From IMG/VR virus record IMGVR_UViG_3300025274_001348, positions 1 to 64,000 of that record: DNA of 64,000 nt; one strand, 5' to 3'. Below are positions 6,524-13,908 of this stretch, in pieces. Source of the stretch: a virus. Position numbers and translations under genes: made by a program. The notes under the pieces were generated by a model. It was given only the letters and a program-made list of their open reading frames with translations. It did no database searches and was not told the origin of the DNA. Position 1 is the stretch's first letter, and each line of letters begins with the position of its first letter.

Positions 6524-6730
6524 ATGAAACGCAAGACGAAGAAGATGAATCGCGGCACAATCGAGTTCGGTGCTAACTGCGTCACGATCACGATTGAGAG
6601 CGAGCCATGGAAGGTTGGCAGGATTCATTCCGTCAACAAGGCTGGCGCTGGCAAGCACAAGGACAGGCGAACCAAGCGGAACCGCACACGAGCAAACCAG
6701 AACCACAACGCAATCAGGGAATCCATGTAA
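6524..6730 (+). CDS. basic hypothetical protein
   Basis: K/R-rich 68 aa; GAGAGGG RBS. Confidence 0.7.
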   Translation: MKRKTKKMNRGTIEFGANCVTITIESEPWKVGRIHSVNKAGAGKHKDRRTKRNRTRANQNHNAIRESM

Positions 6731-6731
6731 A

Positions 6732-6830
6732 ATGGTAACTGACCTCTTGACTTGGACGAACATCTGTGGTATAATTGTGGCTGTGGGATTCATTTCGGTT
6801 TTGGCAGACAAACTTGGTTGGTGGGAATAG
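6732..6830 (+). CDS. single-TM micropeptide (MVTDLLTWTNICGIIVAVGFISVLADKLGWWE)
   Basis: Hydrophobic; contains an internal TTGACT-17-TATAAT promoter (6747-6775). Confidence 0.5.
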   Translation: MVTDLLTWTNICGIIVAVGFISVLADKLGWWE

Positions 6831-6834
6831 GGAG

Positions 6835-7317
6835 ATGACGATGAGCGACAAGGCTATGCGGATTACTGACAACAAGGGATTCCAACTGGATCTGCCTAAC
6901 GGCGTGACGGTTTCCGTCCAGTGGGGTCCGGGCAACTACTGCGACAGCGACGTGTCGAATGCCAAGTGGGATGCCCCGAAAAAGGCGATTGACGGTGACG
7001 AGCATTGGGGTTCCAACACCGCCGAGTGTGCCGCCTACGTTACTGGTAGCAATCTGTCGTGGGTTGCCGTGCCGGGATACACTGGGCCTCACGGTTGCGA
7101 CGACGAGGACGTGTTCTACGATGACGTGGTTGGACACCTTGACGTTCAGGGCGTTCTGGACTTCATCAATCTGGCATCGCAGGTTGCTGCGGAACCGAAC
7201 CCGAACAGCATCGGAAACAAGATGCTGGGCTGGCTCGAAAAGGAAGATCCTGTGCCTAGCGATCAGCATCCGTTCCCACTCCCCGGACAGAAGGAGCTTG
7301 ATTTCGATGACGCTTGA
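6835..7317 (+). CDS. hypothetical phage protein (GF.L..PNG.TVSVQWG.GNYC motif)
   Basis: Motif recognised from phage hypothetical proteins. Confidence 0.75.
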   Translation: MTMSDKAMRITDNKGFQLDLPNGVTVSVQWGPGNYCDSDVSNAKWDAPKKAIDGDEHWGSNTAECAAYVTGSNLSWVAVPGYTGPHGCDDEDVFYDDVVGHLDVQGVLDFINLASQVAAEPNPNSIGNKMLGWLEKEDPVPSDQHPFPLPGQKELDFDDA

Positions 7318-7516
7318 CCAATTGTGGAGAATCGCTCTGGAGCATTTTCCAGCGTGTCACATCACGGAAGACATGGACGGGGAAATCGTGATCGCCACCG
7401 GGCTGATAATGGAAGGTCCACCGTTGGGGATGGACGGCTTGACGGTTGCGAACATTCCGGCGAAACAACAACAACACGTTCAACTCAGGGAGATGACTGG
7501 TGAAGACCTTACGTAA
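7307..7516 (+). CDS. hypothetical protein
   Basis: AAGGAG RBS; overlaps upstream stop. Confidence 0.6.
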   Translation: MTLDQLWRIALEHFPACHITEDMDGEIVIATGLIMEGPPLGMDGLTVANIPAKQQQHVQLREMTGEDLT

Positions 7517-7655
7517 AGGCGAGAAGTTCAAGCGGCTGAAGAATTCCACCAAGACCGACTTGGGCGTTATCAAGAAACTGGTCAAGGACGGGTGGACGTT
7601 CTGCGACAAGACAACGTGGAGGGCGCTCAGAGATGGCGATGCTGCGAAAGATTAA
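7500..7655 (+). CDS. 51-aa basic hypothetical protein (MKTLRKGEKF…GWTFCDKTTW…)
   Basis: GTG start with GGAG RBS; hand translation. Confidence 0.55.
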   Translation: MKTLRKGEKFKRLKNSTKTDLGVIKKLVKDGWTFCDKTTWRALRDGDAAKD

Positions 7656-7722
7656 TCGGGACACTTTGGTGACGTTTGCGTTCATCGGCTTCTGGACCTT
7701 TATCATCGTGGCAACACGGTGA
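7639..7722 (+). CDS. single-TM micropeptide (MLRKINRDTLVTFAFIGFWTFIIVATR)
   Basis: Hand translation; ends 8 nt before element copy 6. Confidence 0.5.
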   Translation: MLRKINRDTLVTFAFIGFWTFIIVATR

Positions 7723-7729
7723 GGGTTCA

Positions 7730-7885
7730 GGTGAAACGCTGCGGCGGGTGTGTCGCTGCACATCCCGCCAGCTTCGGCGCAAGGGTAATCTGGGATTTTG
7801 AGCGATTTTTTCGAAAGTTTTTTCTGGCAATCTGACGGGATTTACTGGAGTGCGACCTTGACTAATGCCGATAATATACTATAAT
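7730..7885 (+). repeat. module-boundary element copy 6 (class A promoter 7858-7885)
   Basis: GGTGAAAC; GGCGGG.TGTG/CACA.CCCGCC; CAAGGGTAATCTGGGATTT. Confidence 0.8.
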
Positions 7886-7913
7886 GGGGGGAACAATACA
7901 CGAGGGTGAGAGC

Positions 7914-8099
7914 ATGACAGAGAAAGAGTTGGACAGGCTGCTGGCAGAAGACGGATACGGGGTGCGTGAGGTTTGCGGTGAACGGGCAGGCGAAACCGTT
8001 TGGGAGTTGTGGGAGTTGATGGATTCTAGCACTGGCTGGATCGTCGGCTACTTCGACACCGCCGAAGACGTTTGCGATTTTGTCGGGATTTATGCTTGA
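7914..8099 (+). CDS. acidic hypothetical protein
   Basis: 61 aa; stop in next -35 (8096-8123 promoter). Confidence 0.65.
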   Translation: MTEKELDRLLAEDGYGVREVCGERAGETVWELWELMDSSTGWIVGYFDTAEDVCDFVGIYA

Positions 8100-8162
8100 C
8101 AATGGTTGATAGTCTGCTACAATGGATAGCAGACAAGGACACAAGAACGAGAGGGTTTGAAA

Positions 8163-8480
8163 ATGGCGACGATGAACGGGATGCCGCGAGTGACGAAGGA
8201 CGCAACGATTGCCGTGATGCACAAGGCAACGACAATCGACATGGCTGAATTCGGGGTTCAAGTCCTCGATGAACTGGACGAGGAGCAACCGGCCTTGTGT
8301 CAGATGCTCACTCACATGATCATGGACCTCGCCTGTCCCGACGAGATGCCCGAGGAATTGAAGCAGTCGAATGCTCTGATCATGACCGTCATCGCCGGAT
8401 GTCTGTTCAAGTCGATCAAGGCACAGATTGAAGCGGAAGAAATGGCAAGTTTGTTTAGTGAAGAGGAGACTGTTGAATGA
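8163..8480 (+). CDS. hypothetical protein, paralog of 5370-5666
   Basis: Visible alignment. Confidence 0.75.
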   Translation: MATMNGMPRVTKDATIAVMHKATTIDMAEFGVQVLDELDEEQPALCQMLTHMIMDLACPDEMPEELKQSNALIMTVIAGCLFKSIKAQIEAEEMASLFSEEETVE

Positions 8481-8653
8481 CACACGTTGGAATTGGTGAT
8501 CGAGTGCTGTTTGACTACCACGGCAAGGCTCGGAGTGGTAGCATCGAGAAGATCGGGAATGGTCCCGCTGGCGTCTACGTCATCATCGCACACGGCGATG
8601 GCTCGCACAAGACGTTCTCACAACCCAAAATCAGTAACCTGCGAAAGGTGTAA
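8477..8653 (+). CDS. 58-aa SH3/WYL-like small protein, paralog of 39733-39954
   Basis: FDYHGKARSG…GNGPAG…KTFSQPKISNL; hand translation. Confidence 0.55.
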   Translation: MTHVGIGDRVLFDYHGKARSGSIEKIGNGPAGVYVIIAHGDGSHKTFSQPKISNLRKV

Positions 8654-8655
8654 AC

Positions 8656-8832
8656 ATGAAGACGACGGTTGCGACATTCGAGTTGGAAAAGGAAACCAAG
8701 AACACGATTCGCTACAGCGAAACGCCGGATGAAGGCGTGGCCCCAGTGGTCAACACGATCTACATCCAGAAGCACGTTCTCGGCAAGACCGCTCCACAGA
8801 ACATCAAGGTGACAATGGAGGAATCTAAATAA
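8656..8832 (+). CDS. 58-aa hypothetical protein (MKTTVATFELEKETKNTIRY…IYIQK…)
   Basis: AAGGTG RBS; hand translation. Confidence 0.65.
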   Translation: MKTTVATFELEKETKNTIRYSETPDEGVAPVVNTIYIQKHVLGKTAPQNIKVTMEESK

Positions 8833-9147
8833 GGCGGGGATTGCAACCCCGTCTAGGGTGGTGACTGAACAATCCCCGGTTATGGGGGGATAAGGTGCGC
8901 GCTGCTGAGTTCCGATAGCCGAATGGTCGAGGAGTTCAGGTAGACGGCAGTCATACAGAACTACCATATCTGTGAGCTTGCGGGCAAAAGTGAATCCCGC
9001 CCACCCGTTATACATACAGCGCTGGCTAAGAACCGGGGCGCCACTATAATACTCGGTGACGCCAGCGCTATCAAACAGTGACTTGGAGTTTCGCCCTTTC
9101 CTCAGTCGCTGGCCCCCGTTCCGGTTCGCCGGTGCGGGGGTTTTTTT
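8832..9147 (+). ncRNA. candidate structured RNA: cloverleaf-like domain 8856-9007, conserved motif hairpin 9018-9069, terminator 9112-9147
   Basis: ORF-free; multiple perfect stems; shares a 36-nt motif with 2171-2206. Confidence 0.65.
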
Positions 9148-9161
9148 ATTGGCGGGGATCG

Positions 9162-9306
9162 GGTGAAACGCGGCGGCGGGTTGTCGCTGGGCAACAACGC
9201 CGCTCGGCGTCAAGAGGAAAGTGGAGGTTTAGGCGATTTTGTGGAAAGTTTTTCTAGGGAATATATTCAAGTTGGGGGTTGACAATAGCCGATAATACTC
9301 TATAAT
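9162..9306 (+). repeat. module-boundary element copy 7 (class A promoter 9279-9306)
   Basis: GGTGAAAC; GCGGCG..GTTGTC/GGCAAC..CGCCGC; GTCAAG; TTGACA-16-TATAAT with GCCGATAA. Confidence 0.8.
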
Positions 9307-9336
9307 GGGGGAGTAACACACACACGAGGGCAAGCA

Positions 9337-10119
9337 ATGTTGAAGTGGTCGAAAGCAAACGCGAAAACGGAACGGTTGAACGAGAGTTGTTGGGCAATTG
9401 CCAAGCACCTTGACGATGGGCGGAAGGTCTACAGTCTCGATCTGTTGTCGGGCTACTCGTGTCCGTTTGCAAAGGCGTGTCTCTCGAAAGCGGTTGTCGG
9501 TGAAAATGGCAAGCGGACAATCAAGGACGGTCCCCACAATGAGTTTCGTTGTTTCTCGGCATCGCAAGAGGTGCAGTACACCAACGTGTACAATCTCCGC
9601 AAACACAATTACGACACCTTGAAGGAAAACCAAGACGACTGGCCGTTGATGTATCAGGAACTGTGGAAGTCGATTCCCCCGGATGCCGGGATTGTTCGGA
9701 TTCATGTTGCAGGGGATTTCTTCAACGAGAATTATCTCCGGGCTTGGATTGAACTGGCTCAAACAACTCCCGACGTGTTGTTCTACGCCTACACCAAAAG
9801 CCTGAAGTATTGGGATGCTCTCAAGAGTGAAGTCCCCGAGAATCTGGTGCTGACGGCGTCGTATGGTGGGCGTGACGACTGGATGATTGATCATGGTGGA
9901 TTCCGATTCGCCAAGGTGGTATTCTCAGAAGCGGAAGCGGAAGAACTCGACTTGATTATCGACCACGATGATTCCCACGCTGCTAATCCAACGTGGCGGG
10001 ATGAGAGTTTCGCACTGTTGATTCACGGGACACAACCGGCGGGATCGGAAGCGGCGACGGCTCTGCGAGAATTGAAGGGTAAAGGTTCTTACTCTAGAAA
10101 ACAAAAGGTGACGGGATGA
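9337..10119 (+). CDS. Gp88-like phage protein (Cys-containing, radical-SAM-related fold)
   Basis: L.SGYSCP.A..C, VRIHVAGDFF and FYAYTKS motifs. Confidence 0.7.
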   Translation: MLKWSKANAKTERLNESCWAIAKHLDDGRKVYSLDLLSGYSCPFAKACLSKAVVGENGKRTIKDGPHNEFRCFSASQEVQYTNVYNLRKHNYDTLKENQDDWPLMYQELWKSIPPDAGIVRIHVAGDFFNENYLRAWIELAQTTPDVLFYAYTKSLKYWDALKSEVPENLVLTASYGGRDDWMIDHGGFRFAKVVFSEAEAEELDLIIDHDDSHAANPTWRDESFALLIHGTQPAGSEAATALRELKGKGSYSRKQKVTG

Positions 10120-10325
10120 TTGAGAGAACGACGATTGTGGCGGTGGATTGCATTCAGTGCAAGGAAACCCAACATATCACAACAAAAACCGAGGATCTCG
10201 ATTCTTGGGAGAATGGCGAACTGATTCAGAACGCCATGCCGTACTTGACGGCTGATGAGCGGGAAGTCCTCATTAGCGGGATTTGCGGGACTTGTTTCGA
10301 CAATATGTTCGCGGGTGACGAATGA
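10116..10325 (+). CDS. small Zn-binding protein (CxxC…CxxC)
   Basis: CIQC, IQNAMPYL, LISGICGTC. Confidence 0.7.
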   Translation: MIERTTIVAVDCIQCKETQHITTKTEDLDSWENGELIQNAMPYLTADEREVLISGICGTCFDNMFAGDE

Positions 10326-10765
10326 TCGACTATACTAAACGGGTTTACGTCTATTGGAATCTCCACCGGAAACTGTGGAGTGTGAGACAATCCGGGCTTA
10401 TCGTAGACCACGCCCACCTGTTGTCGTTGCGGGATTGTAAGTTCCTCGTCGGCAAGGCTGGACAGGCTAGGGTTCGACGCGAGGGAAAGAAAAACGTCCA
10501 CGCTGGCGTGAGCGGCTACCTGCTGGAAGATCCGTGTAGCGTTGACCGAATGGTGTGGAATGGGTTCTACGATAAACAAGTGTGGGTCATGTACAACCCC
10601 TATAAGCACGACACGTTTGTAGAGCGGACTGGCGTGTGTGACGACCAGTATCCGATCCCAGTATATAGAGCCGACTTCGTTGCAATGTACAAAGACAATG
10701 ACCGGGACGCCCCGACAGTAATGGCTCTAGAGCCGGAAGGTGAGCAATGCGTGACATCTTGCTAG
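10322..10765 (+). CDS. conserved phage hypothetical protein
   Basis: VYWNLH…WSVR…KKNVHA…YNPYK motifs. Confidence 0.75.
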   Translation: MIDYTKRVYVYWNLHRKLWSVRQSGLIVDHAHLLSLRDCKFLVGKAGQARVRREGKKNVHAGVSGYLLEDPCSVDRMVWNGFYDKQVWVMYNPYKHDTFVERTGVCDDQYPIPVYRADFVAMYKDNDRDAPTVMALEPEGEQCVTSC

Positions 10766-10845
10766 TGGCAGCGGCGTGGGCTTATGTAATTCTTTACGCC
10801 TTCGAATTGTTTATGCGGTACTGCCCATTGACAGACATTGGGTAA
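10747..10845 (+). CDS. single-TM micropeptide (MRDILLVAAAWAYVILYAFELFMRYCPLTDIG)
   Basis: Its TAA stop lies within GGTAAGAC of element copy 8. Confidence 0.5.
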   Translation: MRDILLVAAAWAYVILYAFELFMRYCPLTDIG

Positions 10846-11013
10846 GACAGGGCGTCGTTGTGGCTCACGCAACCCACGCCGCTGGAGGCGATCTAGGTGT
10901 GCGAGCAAGTAAAAGTCAAGTACAAAATCGGAATCTGGGCGATTTTAAAAAAGATTCTTTTTTGACCAATCGGGGCTAAAGATGCTTGACATATTGTGTC
11001 GATAAACTATAAT
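10841..11013 (+). repeat. module-boundary element copy 8 (class A promoter 10986-11013)
   Basis: GGTAAGAC; GGCGT..GTTGTG/CGCAAC..ACGCC; TTGACA-16-TATAAT with GTCGATAA. Confidence 0.65.
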
Positions 11014-11083
11014 GGAGACATACAGTTGAGTTGGTGAGTGTTTCACCGACAATGAGTTTTGACCGCAGACGGAGACAAGAGAC

Positions 11084-11410
11084 ATGAGTGAGAAGAAGCA
11101 AAGAGCAGAGGCGATTTCGGCCACGGCATTCGTGGAAGCATACGTTAAGGTTCACCAGAACGGCGGCACGATTGCCGACGTTGCCGACGAGTTGGGCCGG
11201 TCTGTTGAGCAGACCCGGAGCAAGAAGAATGCTCTGACTCCCGCATTCGCTGAACGCGGGATCAAGCTGCCGAAGTTGGTTCGGCAAGGTCGCAACGGCA
11301 CGTCCTACGACGAGGCGGCTCAGGTCGCTGGTGACTACCTCGCAAGTCTGATGGCGGGGAGTGACGAGGCCGAGTCCGACGAGTCGGAGTCGGAATTCGC
11401 TTCGGAGTAA
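11084..11410 (+). CDS. putative HTH DNA-binding protein with acidic tail
   Basis: TIADVADELGRS HTH-like segment; GGAG RBS; terminator at 11426-11462. Confidence 0.65.
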   Translation: MSEKKQRAEAISATAFVEAYVKVHQNGGTIADVADELGRSVEQTRSKKNALTPAFAERGIKLPKLVRQGRNGTSYDEAAQVAGDYLASLMAGSDEAESDESESEFASE

Positions 11411-11528
11411 TCATCCGTCGCGGAGGTGGGGTCGCCCTTTATTAGGGCGGCCCTGCTTTTTTCTTGACTTGTCCTGCTACTTATGTTACTATGTAGAAGG
11501 ACAGAAAACTAACTTTTGGAGTGATGAG

Positions 11529-12785
11529 ATGAATGAAAAAATCGAAGCGTATGACGGAGCGAATGAAGAAGGTCAGTGGGTGTTCGACTCACAGGGGGTT
11601 GCCTCTGACGAAGGGTTCGGTCACGTCTCGAAGGACTGGTATCCCAAGACCATCAGCTATGATGAAGGCATGGACCAACTGGAATCGGAGCGAGGTCACC
11701 GGCAGGACTTTCTTGTCCCGATTTCCGATCTGGATTTTGGCATCGAGGACGTGAAGGGGAAACCCCGATTCGTGGTCGTTGTCGAGGACCAGACCTTTGT
11801 TCCTAACAACCATGCTCTCCAACAGATGACAGCAAAGTTGTGCGAGGGCAAGGGAACGGGCTTCACTCGCTGGTTGACCGAGGATCAGGTCAACGCCAAA
11901 GAGGAGTCTCGCTACAAGCGTGACCGGCGGGATGCCGAAGTGATTGATGCCATTATCAGTAATGGCTTCCGTCGCATCCTCGAAGCTAAACCTGATACCA
12001 GTTACAAGATTCGTACCTACGATGATGGTACGATGCGAGCCTTCCTCAGTGAGAAATACGCCGAGGTGGACAATCGCTGGTACTTGGAGCAGATCGAGGA
12101 TATTATCCCGAATGGCCGATTGAGCCACTGGCGGGGTAACGCCGACACCATTTTCGGCAACGTCCTGATTCCCGATACCATCCGTGAGGAAGAAGATTCC
12201 GATTACGGCGGGATGATCTCGATTGGTAACTGCGAGATCGGCAAGAGGAATGTCCTGTCGATGCCAAGCCTGTTCCGTGCAATCTGCATGAACGGTTGCA
12301 TCTGGGGACAAACCAAGGGTACTGAGATTCGTGTTCGCCATATCGGTGATATCGACCTCGAAGATCTTTCCAAGCGGATTCGGAATAACATCGAGACGCA
12401 GATTCCTCTGCTTCCCGCTGGTATCGAGAGACTGCTGGGTGTTCGCCTGATGGAGAACGACGGCGTTCCCATGAAGTCGATCATCGCTGGTGTTGCCGAC
12501 ATGGAGAAGTTGCAGAAGCGTGAAGCGACTGCCGTTCTCGAAGCATGGGTGATGTTTGAATCCAAGACTCCCGGTGAGAACCGGAATCTGTTTGGGGTTG
12601 TGAACAGCGTGACCCGTGCCGGTCAATTCCTTGGGAATGAGAACTGGGTGAAGTTCGATCAGCTTGGTGGAAGGCTGGTCAACTACACGGACAATCAGTG
12701 GGATCGTCTTTGCAACCGCGCAGAGGATTACGACGACACTGATTACAACCGTATCTTCACCAACAAGGCGGTGTTGGCCGCATAA
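11529..12785 (+). CDS. DUF932-family phage/plasmid protein
   Basis: RAFLSEKY..VDN, ISIGNCEIG, FRAICMNG, RVRH.G motifs; promoter TTGACT-17-TACTAT at 11464-11492. Confidence 0.75.
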   Translation: MNEKIEAYDGANEEGQWVFDSQGVASDEGFGHVSKDWYPKTISYDEGMDQLESERGHRQDFLVPISDLDFGIEDVKGKPRFVVVVEDQTFVPNNHALQQMTAKLCEGKGTGFTRWLTEDQVNAKEESRYKRDRRDAEVIDAIISNGFRRILEAKPDTSYKIRTYDDGTMRAFLSEKYAEVDNRWYLEQIEDIIPNGRLSHWRGNADTIFGNVLIPDTIREEEDSDYGGMISIGNCEIGKRNVLSMPSLFRAICMNGCIWGQTKGTEIRVRHIGDIDLEDLSKRIRNNIETQIPLLPAGIERLLGVRLMENDGVPMKSIIAGVADMEKLQKREATAVLEAWVMFESKTPGENRNLFGVVNSVTRAGQFLGNENWVKFDQLGGRLVNYTDNQWDRLCNRAEDYDDTDYNRIFTNKAVLAA

Positions 12786-12795
12786 GGAGGTCAAC

Positions 12796-12885
12796 ATGGA
12801 ACGGTATGTCGGATACGGTATGTTCGCCTTTGGAGTGCTACTGTTTTGGATAGGTTTCAAGAATAGGTGGCGAGAAGAAGACTAG
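12796..12885 (+). CDS. single-TM micropeptide (MERYVGYGMFAFGVLLFWIGFKNRWREED)
   Basis: Perfect AAGGAGG RBS. Confidence 0.7.
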   Translation: MERYVGYGMFAFGVLLFWIGFKNRWREED

Positions 12886-12908
12886 AACCTACTAACTAGC
12901 AACGCGCG

Positions 12909-12943
12909 ACCCGCTCCGGTGCAAGCCGGGGCGGGTTTTTTTT
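12909..12943 (+). terminator. intrinsic terminator
   Basis: ACCCGCTCCGG-TGCAAG-CCGGGGCGGGT plus T-tract. Confidence 0.85.
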
Positions 12944-12977
12944 GTGAAAAAATCGGGGATTGGACTTGACAAGATCG

Positions 12978-13030
12978 GGTAAAACGGGAGGGCAACGGTG
13001 TAGCACGCTAACCGGGCCGCTGCGCCCAAG
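12978..13030 (+). repeat. module-boundary element copy 9 (last; no downstream class A promoter)
   Basis: GATCGGGTAAAAC; CGGT.TAGC/GCTA.ACCG stem; CAAG. Confidence 0.6.
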
Positions 13031-13175
13031 TAGTGAGATCAGGACTGCAACCGAGTAAAATTTTATGTATGCGTGTATAAAAAAAGACCCAACCCGAAAT
13101 GAATCGAGAAGGGCCTATAGTTTTAGGTAGGACGAGTCGGCGTGACTAACCACCCACCGACGTGACCGAGTAAAT

Positions 13176-13523
13176 TTACCTACATAGTCTACGCATAGAG
13201 AATATAGAATACCTAGTCCAACGTGGTCTTTGGTATATACGATATGTACTATGACTCCAGTGGTTACACCTACAATGACAGAAGGGCGGTGCTATATTAT
13301 GTAGAAGCAAGTCAGAGCCGTTTAAGACCCCATACGTTGTCTTCTGTAATACACAGGGGATGTCCACTGTATACCAATATACATGTCCCTTATTGTAGGT
13401 ATTGATGCAGGTGCGGCAGTTCTTGTTTACATAAGTGGGGGGATCTACCAAAACCCACTCACCAGCACCAGCAAGGGCGGGGGAACATAATACAATAGCC
13501 CCCAAAATCAGATTCCTCAACAT
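13176..13523 (-). CDS. putative secreted Cys/Tyr-rich protein
   Basis: N-terminal signal peptide (MLRNLILGAIVLCSPALAGA); AAGGAG RBS on the minus strand; only credible minus-strand gene. Confidence 0.6.
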   Translation of the reverse strand: MLRNLILGAIVLCSPALAGAGEWVLVDPPTYVNKNCRTCINTYNKGHVYWYTVDIPCVLQKTTYGVLNGSDLLLHNIAPPFCHCRCNHWSHSTYRIYQRPRWTRYSIFSMRRLCR

Positions 13524-13908
13524 AGTATTCTCCTTAAAAAGAAACCTTCTGACATATCACGTTAATTATATCGATCCCATACACCGCAGACATGTAATTT
13601 GCTCTCCTGTAGGCTTCTTCTTCAGCAATTTCTCCATCTGAGCAGTTTATCTTACCTGCATTACGTATATTACCATTCGTGTCCACTAACCATAATTTGT
13701 ACATGAGCGCTGACCTCCATTGTTATATTAGAGAGTAATGAAACCCCGGTCAAGAAGAAATCGTTTATTTCCCCCCTGAATTGTCTTTTTCTTACATCTT
13801 ACACCACCATCCCCCTAGTATACCTGCGGATATCTCTATGTCAACCCTTAAAGTTGATTGTGCAGCAATTTTTTCCAAAAAATCCCGCGCGATCCAGACA
13901 AAAACTCA

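Noticed and set aside
6348-9215. GAAAC-containing elements as hammerhead ribozymes
   Set aside because: No CUGANGA core at the required position, and most copies read TAAAAC.
11589-12860. 423-aa minus-strand ORF and other long antisense ORFs (896-1588, 9229-9894, 40210-40947)
   Set aside because: Shadows of well-supported plus-strand genes; no motifs or RBS.
794-13030. Boundary elements as a CRISPR array
   Set aside because: Copies are 0.8-2.1 kb apart, divergent and separated by genes; no cas genes are present.
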